Notes: generated by a model from the sequence alone, not told the origin. DNA of 64,000 nucleotides from an uncultured Actinomycetota bacterium (GCA_963718235.1 CAVQYR010000002.1:192001-256000); one strand, 5' to 3'; numbered from the stretch's first letter, positions 18,449 through 30,370 are shown. A program made the numbers and translations.

Positions 18449-19811
18449 CTAACGGTCTGTGGTGGACTCCGCCAGCTCCTCCGCGTTCGTGGCGGGGTCC
18501 ACCACTGCGTCGGCCGCGACCTCGCCCTCGACAGGTGCCTTCGACGTCGGAAGCCGGCGCAGTGGCAGCGAGGAACACGCCAAGCGCCAGGAGAACCAGG
18601 GCGGCCACGAGCAGCCAGAACAGCACGGCGGGCGTGGGCCGGGTCCAGACCACGACGGTGATCGCGTAGAGGACGGCGAGGCTGATCGCCCAGCCCTTGC
18701 GGTGCTTGTCGAACCAGGCGCCGACCGGCCCGGTGTCCAAGCCGGTCTTCTCGCCCCCGGAGGTGATGGCACCTCCGACCAGACGTCGGGTCTTCACCGC
18801 CCAGCCGTAGGGACCGCTGAAAGCGGCAACAGCAGCCAGCAGGAGACCGACGAAGAACACCACTCGGTTCGCGTTGCGCATGAACCGGATCAGGGTGTCG
18901 AAGACCGAGGCCGCGGCGTCCTGCGGAAGCCTGGCCACGGACAGGTAGGCGGAGCGCTCCAGACTGACCGCGATGCCGGAGACAAGAGCTCCGGCGGCGA
19001 GCAGGAGGCCGACCCAGATCACTGCTCGGCGACGGTCGCGCGCGAGGAACACCGCGAGGCCGAAGCACAGCAGACCGAGCAGCGGGAGCACATAGGACAG
19101 CGTGCGCAGCGCCGATGCCGCGTTGCGGGCCTTCACGATGGCATCCACGTTCGCCACCGGAAGCACGATGCTGGTGGACACGTCGGGAATGTTCGAGGCC
19201 AGCGACACGCCCTGGGCGACCAGCTGCGTCTTCACCTGCTCCACGATCGGCCCGAGGTCCAGCACGAGCTGGCCGTCCTGCACGCTCAGGGCCGAGGGTG
19301 CGTCGGCGGTGAGGAACTTCACCAGCGCCTCGTGGGCTGCCTGGTTGACCTTGACCCAGACCTCCTGGAACTGCGGTGTCTCCAGGACCTTGACCACCAG
19401 GTTCTTCGTCTGGCTCTCCACCTGGGAGGCGATCGGGCCGGCGGCGAAGGCCAGCCGGGGTGGGAGCTCGTCCTCCAGCAGCTGCTCGACGTCGACCTGG
19501 GCCAGGAGGGCCGTCGTGACCTCGTCGGCCACCGCGTCGATGATGGCCGGGTCCTCGGCAAGGGGGGTGACGGTCTCTACGTAGGTGTCGGTGTCGAACA
19601 CCTCGTTGCGGGTCCAGATGGCCGCGATCGAGATCGGGGTGAGCAGGAAGCCGAGGGCCATCAGGACGACGACCGCGGTGCTCCTGACCCAGCCGGTGTG
19701 ACGTGGCTTGGGGGTCGCATCGACCTCGGCCTGAAGGCGCGCAACCTCGGCTTGCAGCTCGGCGATCTGTGCGGCACTGGCTTGGGGCGAGTCACTGGCG
19801 TCGGCAGTCAT
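18449..19811 (-). CDS. Conserved integral membrane protein (probable frameshift near 18535)
   Basis: DTDTYVETVTPLAEDPAI, FQEVWVKVNQAAH, multiple TM helices; acidic tail continues in ORF 18449-18772. Confidence 0.75.
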
Positions 19812-19852
19812 GGGACGAACACTAGCCGTCAACGGGCGGTACGGTCAGGATC

Positions 19853-20008
19853 ATGAGCGAGAGCCCAGAGGGCGGCGACATCCTGCCGACGACTACATCC
19901 GATGAGGATGAGACCGGGTGGGGCGAAGACCTCTCAGGGCACGCCACGCAGACTGACGATGACCTGGAGCGGCTGCGGCGTGAGGTGCCTCCGCACCACG
20001 GAGGCTGA
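19853..20008 (+). CDS. Small acidic protein (51 aa) ending EVPPHHGG, missed by the ORF track
   Basis: AGGA RBS; MSESPEGGDILPTTTSDEDETGWGEDLSGHATQTDDDLERLRREVPPHHGG*; convergent with mscL. Confidence 0.65.
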   Translation: MSESPEGGDILPTTTSDEDETGWGEDLSGHATQTDDDLERLRREVPPHHGG

Positions 20009-20010
20009 GC

Positions 20011-20430
20011 TCAGGCGCCGCGGTTGCTCAGAGCGTCGCGGATCTCGGTGAGCAGCTCGACCTCGGTCGGGCCGGCCGCCTCCTCCTTGGCCCACACCTT
20101 CTCCAACCGCTCATACGGTTTGACGACGAAGAAGTACAGCACTGCGGCAGTGATGACGAAGGTGATGAGCGCCGTGAGGAAGGATCCCCAGGCAAGGAAG
20201 ACGCCGTCGGACGTGACGGCGCCGGTCGTGGCGTCCACGACGGGGTCGCACGAGGTCGACAGACACGTGCCTTCTTTGGAGAGATCGACGCCGCCAAAGA
20301 GTCCGAGCAGAGGTGAGATCAGACTGTTGACGAAGGAGTTCACCACCGCCGCGAACGCGACACCCATGACGAACGCGACAGCGAGCTGGACCAGGTTGCC
20401 CTTCCGGATGAACTCCGCGAAGCCCTTCAT
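20011..20430 (-). CDS. mscL: Large-conductance mechanosensitive channel
   Basis: GF.EFI.KGNLV.LAVAFVMG, WGSFLTALITF, LLTEIRDAL. Confidence 0.95.
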   Translation of the reverse strand: MKGFAEFIRKGNLVQLAVAFVMGVAFAAVVNSFVNSLISPLLGLFGGVDLSKEGTCLSTSCDPVVDATTGAVTSDGVFLAWGSFLTALITFVITAAVLYFFVVKPYERLEKVWAKEEAAGPTEVELLTEIRDALSNRGA

Positions 20431-20489
20431 GTCGAAAGCCCTTCGATCGGGGCCGCTCGTGGTCGGCCGAGACCAGCCACGCTAGCGAA

Positions 20490-21128
20490 TCAACCGCGCA
20501 GCGTGACCGACAGCGGGCCCGCCGCGGCTGCCGCCGCGAGTGCGGTTGCCTCCGTGGCGGTGGTGGACACGACGACGAGGGCGCCGTCGAAGACGTCGCC
20601 CTCGGGTGCCGGCACTGCGATCACCCGCGCCGCCTCGGCCACGACCTGAGCCGCTCCGTGTCCGTCGGCGGCGACCACGTCGACGAGGGTCCCCGGAGCC
20701 AACAGCGCGGCCACCTCGCCGTCGGCGAGCCGCACAGGGACGGCGACCCGCCCCGCACCCGCGTCGTCGGCCAGCGACTGGGCATCGGCGAGCCGGACGT
20801 CGGTCAGTGGCTCTCCGCGGCGGACCGGTGCGGCCAGACGGTGTCCGACCACCAGTTGCGGGTCGTTGGCGACGCCGTCGGGGCGCCCCTCGTCGAGCAC
20901 TGCCGCGAGGGTGACGTCGGCTCGCGTGACGAGCCGGCCCGCCTCGAGGTCGCGCGCGGCCACGACGACCTCCTCGTGTGCCTGGCCCGGCGGTCGCACG
21001 GCGGAGACGGTGAGCCCGACGGCCACCATCGTCAGCGCGGCAGCGAGTGGACGGCGATGACGGGTGAGCAGCCGCGACGTCCTGCGTCGCACCTCGGCGG
21101 TGCGTTCGGGGCGGGGCCACGACGACAT
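20490..21128 (-). CDS. SAF domain / RcpC-CpaB-like protein
   Basis: VVVAARDL.AG, PVRRGEPLTD.RL, VPVRLAD..V.ALL.PG..VDV; conserved position between mscL and fmdB. Confidence 0.85.
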   Translation of the reverse strand: MSSWPRPERTAEVRRRTSRLLTRHRRPLAAALTMVAVGLTVSAVRPPGQAHEEVVVAARDLEAGRLVTRADVTLAAVLDEGRPDGVANDPQLVVGHRLAAPVRRGEPLTDVRLADAQSLADDAGAGRVAVPVRLADGEVAALLAPGTLVDVVAADGHGAAQVVAEAARVIAVPAPEGDVFDGALVVVSTTATEATALAAAAAAGPLSVTLRG

Positions 21129-21180
21129 GCCCGGTGACGCTAGCCCGGGCCGACGTCCACCGGGCCGGTCGTCCACAGCC

Positions 21181-21564
21181 TCAGGAGGAGCTGCCGCCCG
21201 ACTTCGACGTGGAGGAGCCTCCGGCGGGTGACGACGTGCCCGAGCCAGCTGGCTTTGCTGACGACGACGAGTCGGACTTCGAGCCCGAAGACGAGCTGGA
21301 CGACGAGCCGGAGCTGTCCGAGCCCTTCTTGTCACTCGTCTTGCCGGAGCCGTCCCCCGTGTTGGCCGAGGAGGTGGAGCCGCCCCCGGCCCGGGAGTCG
21401 GTGCGGTAGAAGCCCGACCCCTTGAACGCCACACCGACCGGGTGGAAGACCTTGCGCACCGGACCGGAGCAGCTCTCGCACGTCGTGACCGTGGGGTCGC
21501 TGATCGACTGCACCACCTCGAACTCGTGGCCGCAGGAGGTGCAGGCGTACGCGTAGGTGGGCAA
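21181..21564 (-). CDS. FmdB-family zinc-ribbon protein (Rv0991c/Ruc-like)
   Basis: PTY.YAC..CGH.FE, C..C.G, FKGSGFYRTDSR, Ser-rich tail. Confidence 0.92.
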   Translation of the reverse strand: MPTYAYACTSCGHEFEVVQSISDPTVTTCESCSGPVRKVFHPVGVAFKGSGFYRTDSRAGGGSTSSANTGDGSGKTSDKKGSDSSGSSSSSSSGSKSDSSSSAKPAGSGTSSPAGGSSTSKSGGSSS

Positions 21565-21600
21565 CGAGACTCCGTGCTCGGTCGGCTGCGCCGCGTGGCG

Positions 21601-21627
21601 CTAGCAGTCGTGGGTGGCGAGTGCTAA
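21601..21627 (-). promoter_or_regulatory. CIRCE element (HrcA operator)
   Basis: Minus strand reads TTAGCACTC-N9-GACTGCTAG versus consensus TTAGCACTC-N9-GAGTGCTAA, directly upstream of the FmdB gene. Confidence 0.85.
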
Positions 21628-21690
21628 TCCTACGCCACCGGGCCGCGCGGAGCTGCCGGGTCCGGGCTGGTGACCCCCTACCGTGAGCCC

Positions 21691-22080
21691 GTGAGGCAGC
21701 GGACGGCGGTGGCCGCGGTGGCCGCGGGTGGGGCGCTCGGCGCCACCGCCCGGTTCGGCGTCGGCCGATGGGTGCCGTGGGAGGCTCCCGCCTTCCCGTG
21801 GGCGACCGCCCTGGTGAATGTGACCGGGTGCCTGCTGATCGGCCTGGTGCTGGGCTGGCTGCTGGCGTCGACCGGCCAGCCTGCGTGGCTCCGCCTGTTC
21901 CTGGCCACCGGCGTCCTCGGCGGGTACACCACGTTCAGCGCGTTCGCGGTGGAGACGGTGGTGCTCGTCGATGCCGGCGCTGTGGTGACCGCTGCCCTGT
22001 ACGTCGTCGGCTCGCTGGTCGTCGGTCTGGTGGCAGTGCGGGTCGGCGCCACGGTGGCTCGACGGGCCAAGGGACCATGA
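21691..22080 (+). CDS. crcB: Fluoride channel Fluc
   Basis: [27 protein letters not shown]. Confidence 0.92.
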   Translation: MRQRTAVAAVAAGGALGATARFGVGRWVPWEAPAFPWATALVNVTGCLLIGLVLGWLLASTGQPAWLRLFLATGVLGGYTTFSAFAVETVVLVDAGAVVTAALYVVGSLVVGLVAVRVGATVARRAKGP

Positions 22081-22463
22081 TTGACGATGCGAGAGGCGCA
22101 GCAGTGACCGAAATGACCGAGCTGACCGGAACAGCACTGCGAGCGACGGTGTACGTCGGCGAGGACGACATGCACCATCACCGACCGGTGTACGACGAGA
22201 TCGTGGTGCGGGCTCGCGCGGCCGGGCTCGCGGGCGCCACCGTCACCCGCGGAGTCGAGGGTTACGGGAGGCACTCGTTGGTGCACACGGCTCGTCTGGT
22301 GAGCCTGTCCAGCGACCTGCCGATGGTGGTCGAGCTGATCGACGAGGCGGCCAAGATCCGCGCGTTCCTCGCCCAGCTCGACGAGGTGGTCACCGGTGGG
22401 CTGGTGACCGTCGAGGAGGTCGAGGTGCACCGGTACGTCGCTCCTTCTGCCGCTTCCGACTGA
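22077..22463 (+). CDS. DUF190 (PII-like) protein
   Basis: VYVGE.D..HH.PVY..IV, GLAGATV.RGVEGYG, LS.DLP.VVE.ID. Confidence 0.9.
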   Translation: MIDDARGAAVTEMTELTGTALRATVYVGEDDMHHHRPVYDEIVVRARAAGLAGATVTRGVEGYGRHSLVHTARLVSLSSDLPMVVELIDEAAKIRAFLAQLDEVVTGGLVTVEEVEVHRYVAPSAASD

Positions 22464-22479
22464 ACCCCCTGCCCTCCTC

Positions 22480-22857
22480 ATGACGACGTACCTGCTGGTC
22501 GCCCTGGGCGCCTCGGTCGGTGCCCCTGTCCGCTACCTCGTCGACCGCTGGGTCCAGCAGCGACTCGTGCCCGTGTTCCCCTGGGGGACCTTCGGCGTGA
22601 ACGTCGTCGGGTCGCTGCTTCTGGGGGCTCTCGCTGCAGCTGCGGCGCACGACGGCCTGTCGACGGCCGGTCTTGCGCTGCTCGGCGCCGGCTTCTGCGG
22701 TGGGCTGACCACCTTCAGCAGCTTCGGCTGGGAGACCCACCGACTGCTCGAGGACGGCGCCGACTGGGTGGCCACGGTCAACGTGGCGGCCTCGACGGCG
22801 GTCTGCCTCACCGCTGCCGCGGTCAGCTGGACGGCGACGGCCCTGGTCCTGGGCTGA
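22480..22857 (+). CDS. crcB: Fluoride channel Fluc (second copy)
   Basis: GAPVRY, FPWGTF.VN..GS, GFCGGLTTFSSF. Confidence 0.92.
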   Translation: MTTYLLVALGASVGAPVRYLVDRWVQQRLVPVFPWGTFGVNVVGSLLLGALAAAAAHDGLSTAGLALLGAGFCGGLTTFSSFGWETHRLLEDGADWVATVNVAASTAVCLTAAAVSWTATALVLG

Positions 22858-23449
22858 GCGAGCCCCCGAGCCGACCGGTCACCCTCCGGTCGTGCGGCGC
22901 CTCCGGCAGTGCATCGACCACCTCGTCGTCGAACACCACGGCGAGCAGCGGCACCGTCGAGGGGACCCGTTGCAGCGCCCGGTCGTAGCAGCCGCCGCCT
23001 TGGCCCAGTCGCCGTCCGGCCGCGTCCACCGAGAGCGCAGGCACCAGCACGACGTCGACCGTGCCTATGGCCGCCCGACCCAGTCGAGGCCCGGACGGCT
23101 CGCGCAGCCCCTTGGGGCCGGGCACGAGCTCGGGCTCACCGGAGTACACCGCCCACTCCAGGTCGAGGTCGGAGAGGACGACGGGCAGGAGCACCCGGAC
23201 CCCGCGCCCGTAGAGCGCGTTGACCAGGGGCAGGGTCTGCGGTTCTGCCCCGACCCCGATGAACGCAGCGACCGACGACGCCGAGCGCAGCGGCTCGAGG
23301 GAGGCGCAGGTGACGAGCGTGGAGGCCCATTCCGAGTGCTCGACCGCGGCGCGTTCGGCGCGGTGGGCCCGGGCCTCGGCCCGCAGCTCACGCTTGGCCG
23401 CGGCCGGGTCACGAGGCGGCGGTGAGGTCACGGCCTCATCATGGGGCAT
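22823..23449 (-). CDS. 5-formyltetrahydrofolate cyclo-ligase
   Basis: K.ELR, VLLP, DVVLVPAL.VD..G.RLGQGGGCYDR, PE.PHD. Confidence 0.92.
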   Translation of the reverse strand: MPHDEAVTSPPPRDPAAAKRELRAEARAHRAERAAVEHSEWASTLVTCASLEPLRSASSVAAFIGVGAEPQTLPLVNALYGRGVRVLLPVVLSDLDLEWAVYSGEPELVPGPKGLREPSGPRLGRAAIGTVDVVLVPALSVDAAGRRLGQGGGCYDRALQRVPSTVPLLAVVFDDEVVDALPEAPHDRRVTGRLGGSLSPGPGPSPSS

Positions 23450-23580
23450 TCGTCCTGCGGGACCGGTGAGCCGGTTCGCATCGCCGTCGGCGGCGAACGC
23501 TTCAGTTGCTCACCCGATCGGTCGATCAAGGCAACGACGACGTGTGCCTGACGCTCGCTCGGCACGGACGGGAGGGGCCG

Positions 23581-25548
<1,968 letters not shown>

Positions 25549-25584
25549 CCGTCCGGGGGTCGCTGCGGCGTTAGGGTCGCTGCC

Positions 25585-26514
25585 ATGAGCCACGAGCACG
25601 CACGCCCGCGCAAGGCGGTCATCCCAGCTGCCGGCCTGGGCACCCGCTTCCTTCCGGCCACGAAGGCCACCCCCAAGGAGATGCTGCCGGTGGTCGACAC
25701 CCCGGCCATCCAGTACGTGGTGGAGGAGGCCGTGGCGGCGGGCCTGGACGACGTCTTGATGATCACCGGGCGCAACAAGAAGTCCCTGGAGGACCACTTC
25801 GACCGCAACGTGGAGCTCGAGCTCGCGCTGGAGGCCAAGGGCGATGCGGCCCGGCTGGCGCAGGTGCGGCACGCGAGTGAGCTGGCCACCGTCCACTACG
25901 TGCGCCAGGGAGACCCGCGTGGCCTGGGGCACGCGGTGCTGGTCGCGGCCGACCACGTCGGCGACGAGCCGTTCGCCGTGCTGCTCGGCGACGACCTGAT
26001 CGACCCGCGGGACCCGTTGCTGTCCCGCATGCTCGAGGTCCAGGAGGCCCGCGGCGGCAGCGTGGTCGCCCTGATGGAGGTCCCGAAGGAGATGATCCGG
26101 CTCTACGGCTGCGCCGCCGTCGAGCCGACCGACGAGGACGACGTGGTCGCCATCTCCGGGCTCGTCGAGAAGCCGACCCCGGACGAGGCGCCTAGCTCGT
26201 TCGCCGTGATCGGCCGCTACGTCCTGCACCCCGCAGTCTTCGACGTGCTCCGTACGACACCGCCCGGTCGGGGGAACGAGATCCAGATCACCGACGCGCT
26301 GCAGACCCTGGCCTCGGGGGCGGTGGCGCCGGAGGCGGGCGGTGGTGTGAGCGGTGTGGTGTTCCGCGGACGCCGCTACGACACGGGCGACCGCGGCGAC
26401 TACCTCAAGGCCGTCATCCGGCTGGCCAGCGAGCGAGAGGACCTGGGGCCGGACCTCGTCGTCTGGCTGAGGGAGTTCCTCGCCGAACGGGACTCCGCGG
26501 GAGGCGCTGAGTGA
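25585..26514 (+). CDS. galU: UTP--glucose-1-phosphate uridylyltransferase
   Basis: KAVIPAAGLGTRFLPATKA.PKEMLPVVD, GLGHAV, VEKP. Confidence 0.96.
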   Translation: MSHEHARPRKAVIPAAGLGTRFLPATKATPKEMLPVVDTPAIQYVVEEAVAAGLDDVLMITGRNKKSLEDHFDRNVELELALEAKGDAARLAQVRHASELATVHYVRQGDPRGLGHAVLVAADHVGDEPFAVLLGDDLIDPRDPLLSRMLEVQEARGGSVVALMEVPKEMIRLYGCAAVEPTDEDDVVAISGLVEKPTPDEAPSSFAVIGRYVLHPAVFDVLRTTPPGRGNEIQITDALQTLASGAVAPEAGGGVSGVVFRGRRYDTGDRGDYLKAVIRLASEREDLGPDLVVWLREFLAERDSAGGAE

Positions 26515-27734
26515 AGAGTGTCGACGAGCACCTCGCCGACATCCTGTCGGGGCTGCAGCCGCTGTCGCCGCTGCAGATCCAGCTCCTCGACGCGCAGGGT
26601 TGTGTGCTCGTCGAGGAGGTCGCTGCGCCCTGGCCGATGCCTTCGTTCGACAACTCGGCGATGGACGGCTACGCCGTCCATGCGTCCGACGTCGGATCAG
26701 CCTCCGTCTCGGCGCCCGTCGCTCTGAAGGTGGTGGCCGACCTGCCGGCCGGGACCGACAAGGTCGTCCACATCAGTCCGGGCACGGCGGCGCGCATCAT
26801 GACCGGCGCCCCCATGCCCTCCGGGGCCGACGCCGTCGTCCCCATCGAGTGGACCGACGAGGGGGTGGCTGACGTCGTCGTGCGCCAGCCGGCCCACGTG
26901 GGTCAGTACGTACGCGTGGCCGGAAGCGACGTCGAAGAGGGCACGGTGGTGGCGGAGGCGGGCACCCGGCTCGGAGCGACCCAGCTCGCGGTACTGGCGG
27001 CGTCCGGTCGCGACCGGGTCCAGGTGCGCCCGCGCCCGCGCGTCGTCGTGATCGCCACCGGCAGCGAGCTGGTGCCCGTGGGCACCGAGCCGGGGGCGGG
27101 GCAGCTCCCGGACTCCAACAGCGTGATGCTCGCCGCGGCGGCCAAGGAGGCCGGTGCGGTGGTGTTCCCGGTCGGCATCGTGGGCGACGACCCTCGGCTG
27201 CTCATGGACACCCTCGAAGACCAGCTGGTTCGCGCCGACGTCGTGGTCACCAGCGGTGGGGTGAGCGTCGGTGCCTACGACGTGGTCAAGAGCGCACTGC
27301 AGCGCCTCGGGACGGTCACCTTCGACAAGGTCGCCATGCAGCCCGGCATGCCACAGGGGTTCGGGCACATCGGCCCGGACTCGACCCCGATCTTCACCCT
27401 GCCCGGCAACCCGGTCTCGGCGTTCGTCTCGTTCGAGGTGTTCGTGCGTCCCGCGTTGCGTCGCATGCTCGGGGTCGAGCCCCTGGAGCGGCCCCAGGTG
27501 CGGGCCGAGCTGCTGTCCGAGGTCACCTCGCCGGCGGGCAAGCGCCAGTACCTGCGCGGGTGGCTCGACGTGGCCGACGGGCGATACGTCGTCGGGGCGG
27601 TCGGAGGTCCCGGATCGCACCTGCTGGCCGGACTGAGCAAGGCCAACGCACTCATCGTCATCCCTGAGGACGTCACGCACGTGGCGCAGGGCGAGGCCGT
27701 GACGGTGATGCTCCTCGAACGGCGCACGGTGTGA
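26511..27734 (+). CDS. moeA: Molybdopterin molybdotransferase
   Basis: FDNSAMDGYA, IMTGAPMP.GADAVV, TSGGVSVG, LPGNPVS. Confidence 0.96.
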   Translation: MKSVDEHLADILSGLQPLSPLQIQLLDAQGCVLVEEVAAPWPMPSFDNSAMDGYAVHASDVGSASVSAPVALKVVADLPAGTDKVVHISPGTAARIMTGAPMPSGADAVVPIEWTDEGVADVVVRQPAHVGQYVRVAGSDVEEGTVVAEAGTRLGATQLAVLAASGRDRVQVRPRPRVVVIATGSELVPVGTEPGAGQLPDSNSVMLAAAAKEAGAVVFPVGIVGDDPRLLMDTLEDQLVRADVVVTSGGVSVGAYDVVKSALQRLGTVTFDKVAMQPGMPQGFGHIGPDSTPIFTLPGNPVSAFVSFEVFVRPALRRMLGVEPLERPQVRAELLSEVTSPAGKRQYLRGWLDVADGRYVVGAVGGPGSHLLAGLSKANALIVIPEDVTHVAQGEAVTVMLLERRTV

Positions 27735-27741
27735 GTGCTCG

Positions 27742-28245
27742 ATGACCGACGACCCGGACCGGGAGGCGGGAGGCGAGAAGACGCTCACCCACGTCGACGC
27801 ACGTGGTGCTGCTCGCATGGTCGACGTGTCGGGCAAGGAGGTGACGGCCCGGACGGCCACCGCCACCGGCGTCGTCCACGTGAGCAGCGCCGTCGTGTCG
27901 CTCCTGCGCGACGGTGGCCTGCCCAAGGGCGATGCCCTGGCGGTCGCCCGGATCGCGGGGATCCAGGCCGCGAAGCGCACACCCGAGCTCGTCCCCCTGT
28001 GCCACCCGATCGCGATCCACGGCGTCGACGTCGACCTGCAGGTGCACGACGACCACGTAGCCATCCGCGCGGTCGTGCGGACCGCTGACCGTACGGGTGT
28101 CGAGATGGAGGCTCTCACCGTGGTCAGCGTTGCCGCCCTCGCGCTGGTCGACATGGTCAAGGCGGTCGACCCGGCGGCGGTCATCAGCGAGATCAGGGTC
28201 GAGGAGAAGACCGGGGGCAAGACCGGGGTGTGGCGCCGTGACTGA
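27742..28245 (+). CDS. moaC: Cyclic pyranopterin monophosphate synthase
   Basis: LTHVD..G.ARMVDVS.K, KGD.L..ARIAGI.AAK.T..L.PLCH, TGVEMEAL. Confidence 0.96.
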   Translation: MTDDPDREAGGEKTLTHVDARGAARMVDVSGKEVTARTATATGVVHVSSAVVSLLRDGGLPKGDALAVARIAGIQAAKRTPELVPLCHPIAIHGVDVDLQVHDDHVAIRAVVRTADRTGVEMEALTVVSVAALALVDMVKAVDPAAVISEIRVEEKTGGKTGVWRRD

Positions 28246-28729
28246 GGCGACGCCGTCGGTCCGGGTGTGCGTGGTCACCGCTTCCACGCGGGCCGCTGCC
28301 GGTGAGTACGTGGACCGGAGCGGTCCCGCCGTCTGCGAGGTGCTCGCCGCGGAGTCCTTCGACGTCGCTGCCCCGGTGGTCGTGGCCGACGGCCCGCCGG
28401 TGGGTGAGGCGGTCCGGCGGGCCGTCGCTGCCGGTTTCGACGTGGTCCTGACGACCGGAGGGACCGGCCTGGCTCCGACCGACCGCACCCCCGAGGAGAC
28501 CCGGGCCCTGATCGACCACGAGGTGCCCGGCCTGGCCGAAGCGATCCGGCAGGCCGGGGCGAGGGCCGGTGTCGCCACCGCGATGCTGTCCCGGGGCATC
28601 GCCGGGGTGTCCGGCCGCACGCTCGTCGTGAACCTCCCGGGGTCGGTGGGCGGGGCGACCGACGGGGTCGCCGTCCTGCTGCCTGTGCTGCGGCATGCCG
28701 TCGACCAGCTGGCCGGAGGCGACCACTGA
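28238..28729 (+). CDS. moaB: MogA/MoaB molybdopterin adenylyltransferase-like protein
   Basis: DRSGP, TTGGTG..P.D.TPE.T, LSRG.AG, VNLPGS. Confidence 0.88.
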   Translation: MTEATPSVRVCVVTASTRAAAGEYVDRSGPAVCEVLAAESFDVAAPVVVADGPPVGEAVRRAVAAGFDVVLTTGGTGLAPTDRTPEETRALIDHEVPGLAEAIRQAGARAGVATAMLSRGIAGVSGRTLVVNLPGSVGGATDGVAVLLPVLRHAVDQLAGGDH

Positions 28730-29349
28730 GCGCCCAGTGGCCGGTGACGCTGACCGAGGGCCCGATCGCGCTGCGTCCGATCCGGCGTCGGGACCGCAAG
28801 GCCTGGGAGACCGTGCGCGGGGTGAACCGGGAGTGGCTGCGCCCGTGGGAGCCGACCCAGCCGGTCCCCACCGACGGTCCACCACCGACCTTCGCCGCCA
28901 TGGTCGCGGGCCTGCTGCGCGAGGCCCGGGCCGGTCGGATGATGCCGTGGGTCGTCACGTACGACGACCGGCTCGTCGGGCAGCTGACGATGGGTGGCAT
29001 CACCCTCGGCTCGCTGCGAGGGGCCCACGTCGGGTACTGGCTGGACAAGCAGTACGCCGGACACGGGCTCATGCCCATGGCCGTGGCGATGGCCATCGAC
29101 CACGCCTTCGGTCCGATGCGGCTGCACCGGATGGAGATCACCATGCGGGAGGAGAACGGTCCGAGCCGTCGGGTCGCCGAGAAGCTCCGGTTCCGATTCG
29201 AGGGAGTCCGTCCGCGGTTCCTGCACATCGACGGTGACTGGCGTGACCACCTGGTCTACGCCCTGCATGCCGACGAGCTCGCCGACGTTGCGCCGTATGG
29301 CCTTCGTCGGTTGATTCGCGACACACCGAAGACGATCCACGATCACTAG
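28726..29349 (+). CDS. RimJ/RimL-type GNAT N-acetyltransferase (possible CTG start at 28726; first GTG at 28744)
   Basis: WPVTL, N..WL.PWE, VGYW, LHR.E, EN.PS.RV.EKL.F..EG, HIDG.WRDH. Confidence 0.88.
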   Translation: MSAQWPVTLTEGPIALRPIRRRDRKAWETVRGVNREWLRPWEPTQPVPTDGPPPTFAAMVAGLLREARAGRMMPWVVTYDDRLVGQLTMGGITLGSLRGAHVGYWLDKQYAGHGLMPMAVAMAIDHAFGPMRLHRMEITMREENGPSRRVAEKLRFRFEGVRPRFLHIDGDWRDHLVYALHADELADVAPYGLRRLIRDTPKTIHDH

Positions 29350-29375
29350 CCGTTCGCGCCCTAGCGTGAGCGACC

Positions 29376-30308
29376 GTGAGCCCCAGCGGACTGGTGTATG
29401 CCGTCATCGTCGCCCTGTGGGCCGCCGTCTTGATCCCGATCTGGCTGCGTCGTCATGACGAGGCAGCGATGACCAGGTCGGCGGATCGCTACTCCCGCGC
29501 CATGCGCACGCTGTCCCGGCGTCCGGCCCGGATCGACAGCCGGGAGATGGTGATGCCGAGAAGGACCAGCGCCGCACCCCACGTCGACGCCGCTCGACCG
29601 GCCCCCCGGCGAGACGTCTCTGTGTCGAGTCCGGCCGGTTCCCCCCGCACCCGCACCGGTCCGGCCTCGGCCCGGGCCGCTTCGGCCCAGCTGGCCAGGC
29701 GTCGGGCCCGCAGCCTGCTGGTGCTCGCCGTGGTCACGCTCGCGCTGGTCGCGCTGGCGGCGTTCGGGGTCGTTCCCTGGTGGGCGGCGGTCCCCGCCGC
29801 GCTGCTGTTCGTCGGGTTCGTCGTTCACCTGCGGCTCCAGGCCCGGCGGGCTGCGCTGCTTCTGCGTCGACCACCGTCGACGGCGTCCAGCGCGCCGACG
29901 CTCGCTCGTGACGACGCACCCCGAGCGAGCATCGACCTCTCCAGGGCCGTGGTGGTCGAGACGAAGGGTCAGTCCCTCGGCGCGGCGACCGTAGGCGCGC
30001 GGGGGCAGGAAGGGACCACTGCCGAAGACGTCGACCAGCACGTCCCGGCCGAGGGCGCGGACGATGCGTGGAGGCCCGAGTCGTGGCCGGTCCCGACCTA
30101 TGTGACCAAGCCGAAGGCGATCCGCCCGATCCGGGTCATCGACCTCACCACGCCAGGTGCCTGGACCTCGGGCCGGCTGCTGGACGACGAGATCGAGACC
30201 CAGGAGCAGGCGGTCGCCGAGGCGCACAAGGCCGACGACGAGCTCGACGCGATCATCGAGCACGCTGACCCTGCTCCCTCGGAGCAGCGGCGCGTCGTCA
30301 ACGACTGA
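29376..30308 (+). CDS. GlpR/SepX-like divisome membrane protein
   Basis: N-terminal W..VL.P.WLR helix, F/YSRAMR.L, TM pair, VPTYVTKP; conserved position between the GNAT gene and tRNA-Ala. Confidence 0.7.
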   Translation: MSPSGLVYAVIVALWAAVLIPIWLRRHDEAAMTRSADRYSRAMRTLSRRPARIDSREMVMPRRTSAAPHVDAARPAPRRDVSVSSPAGSPRTRTGPASARAASAQLARRRARSLLVLAVVTLALVALAAFGVVPWWAAVPAALLFVGFVVHLRLQARRAALLLRRPPSTASSAPTLARDDAPRASIDLSRAVVVETKGQSLGAATVGARGQEGTTAEDVDQHVPAEGADDAWRPESWPVPTYVTKPKAIRPIRVIDLTTPGAWTSGRLLDDEIETQEQAVAEAHKADDELDAIIEHADPAPSEQRRVVND

Positions 30309-30370
30309 GCCACCCGAAACTCCGGATTCGTGGGACGGATCAACCGGTTGGTATCGTCTGCCACGTTCTT

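Noticed and set aside
21628-21690. Fluoride riboswitch before crcB
   Set aside because: No GGCGATGG-type aptamer, and the gene appears leaderless
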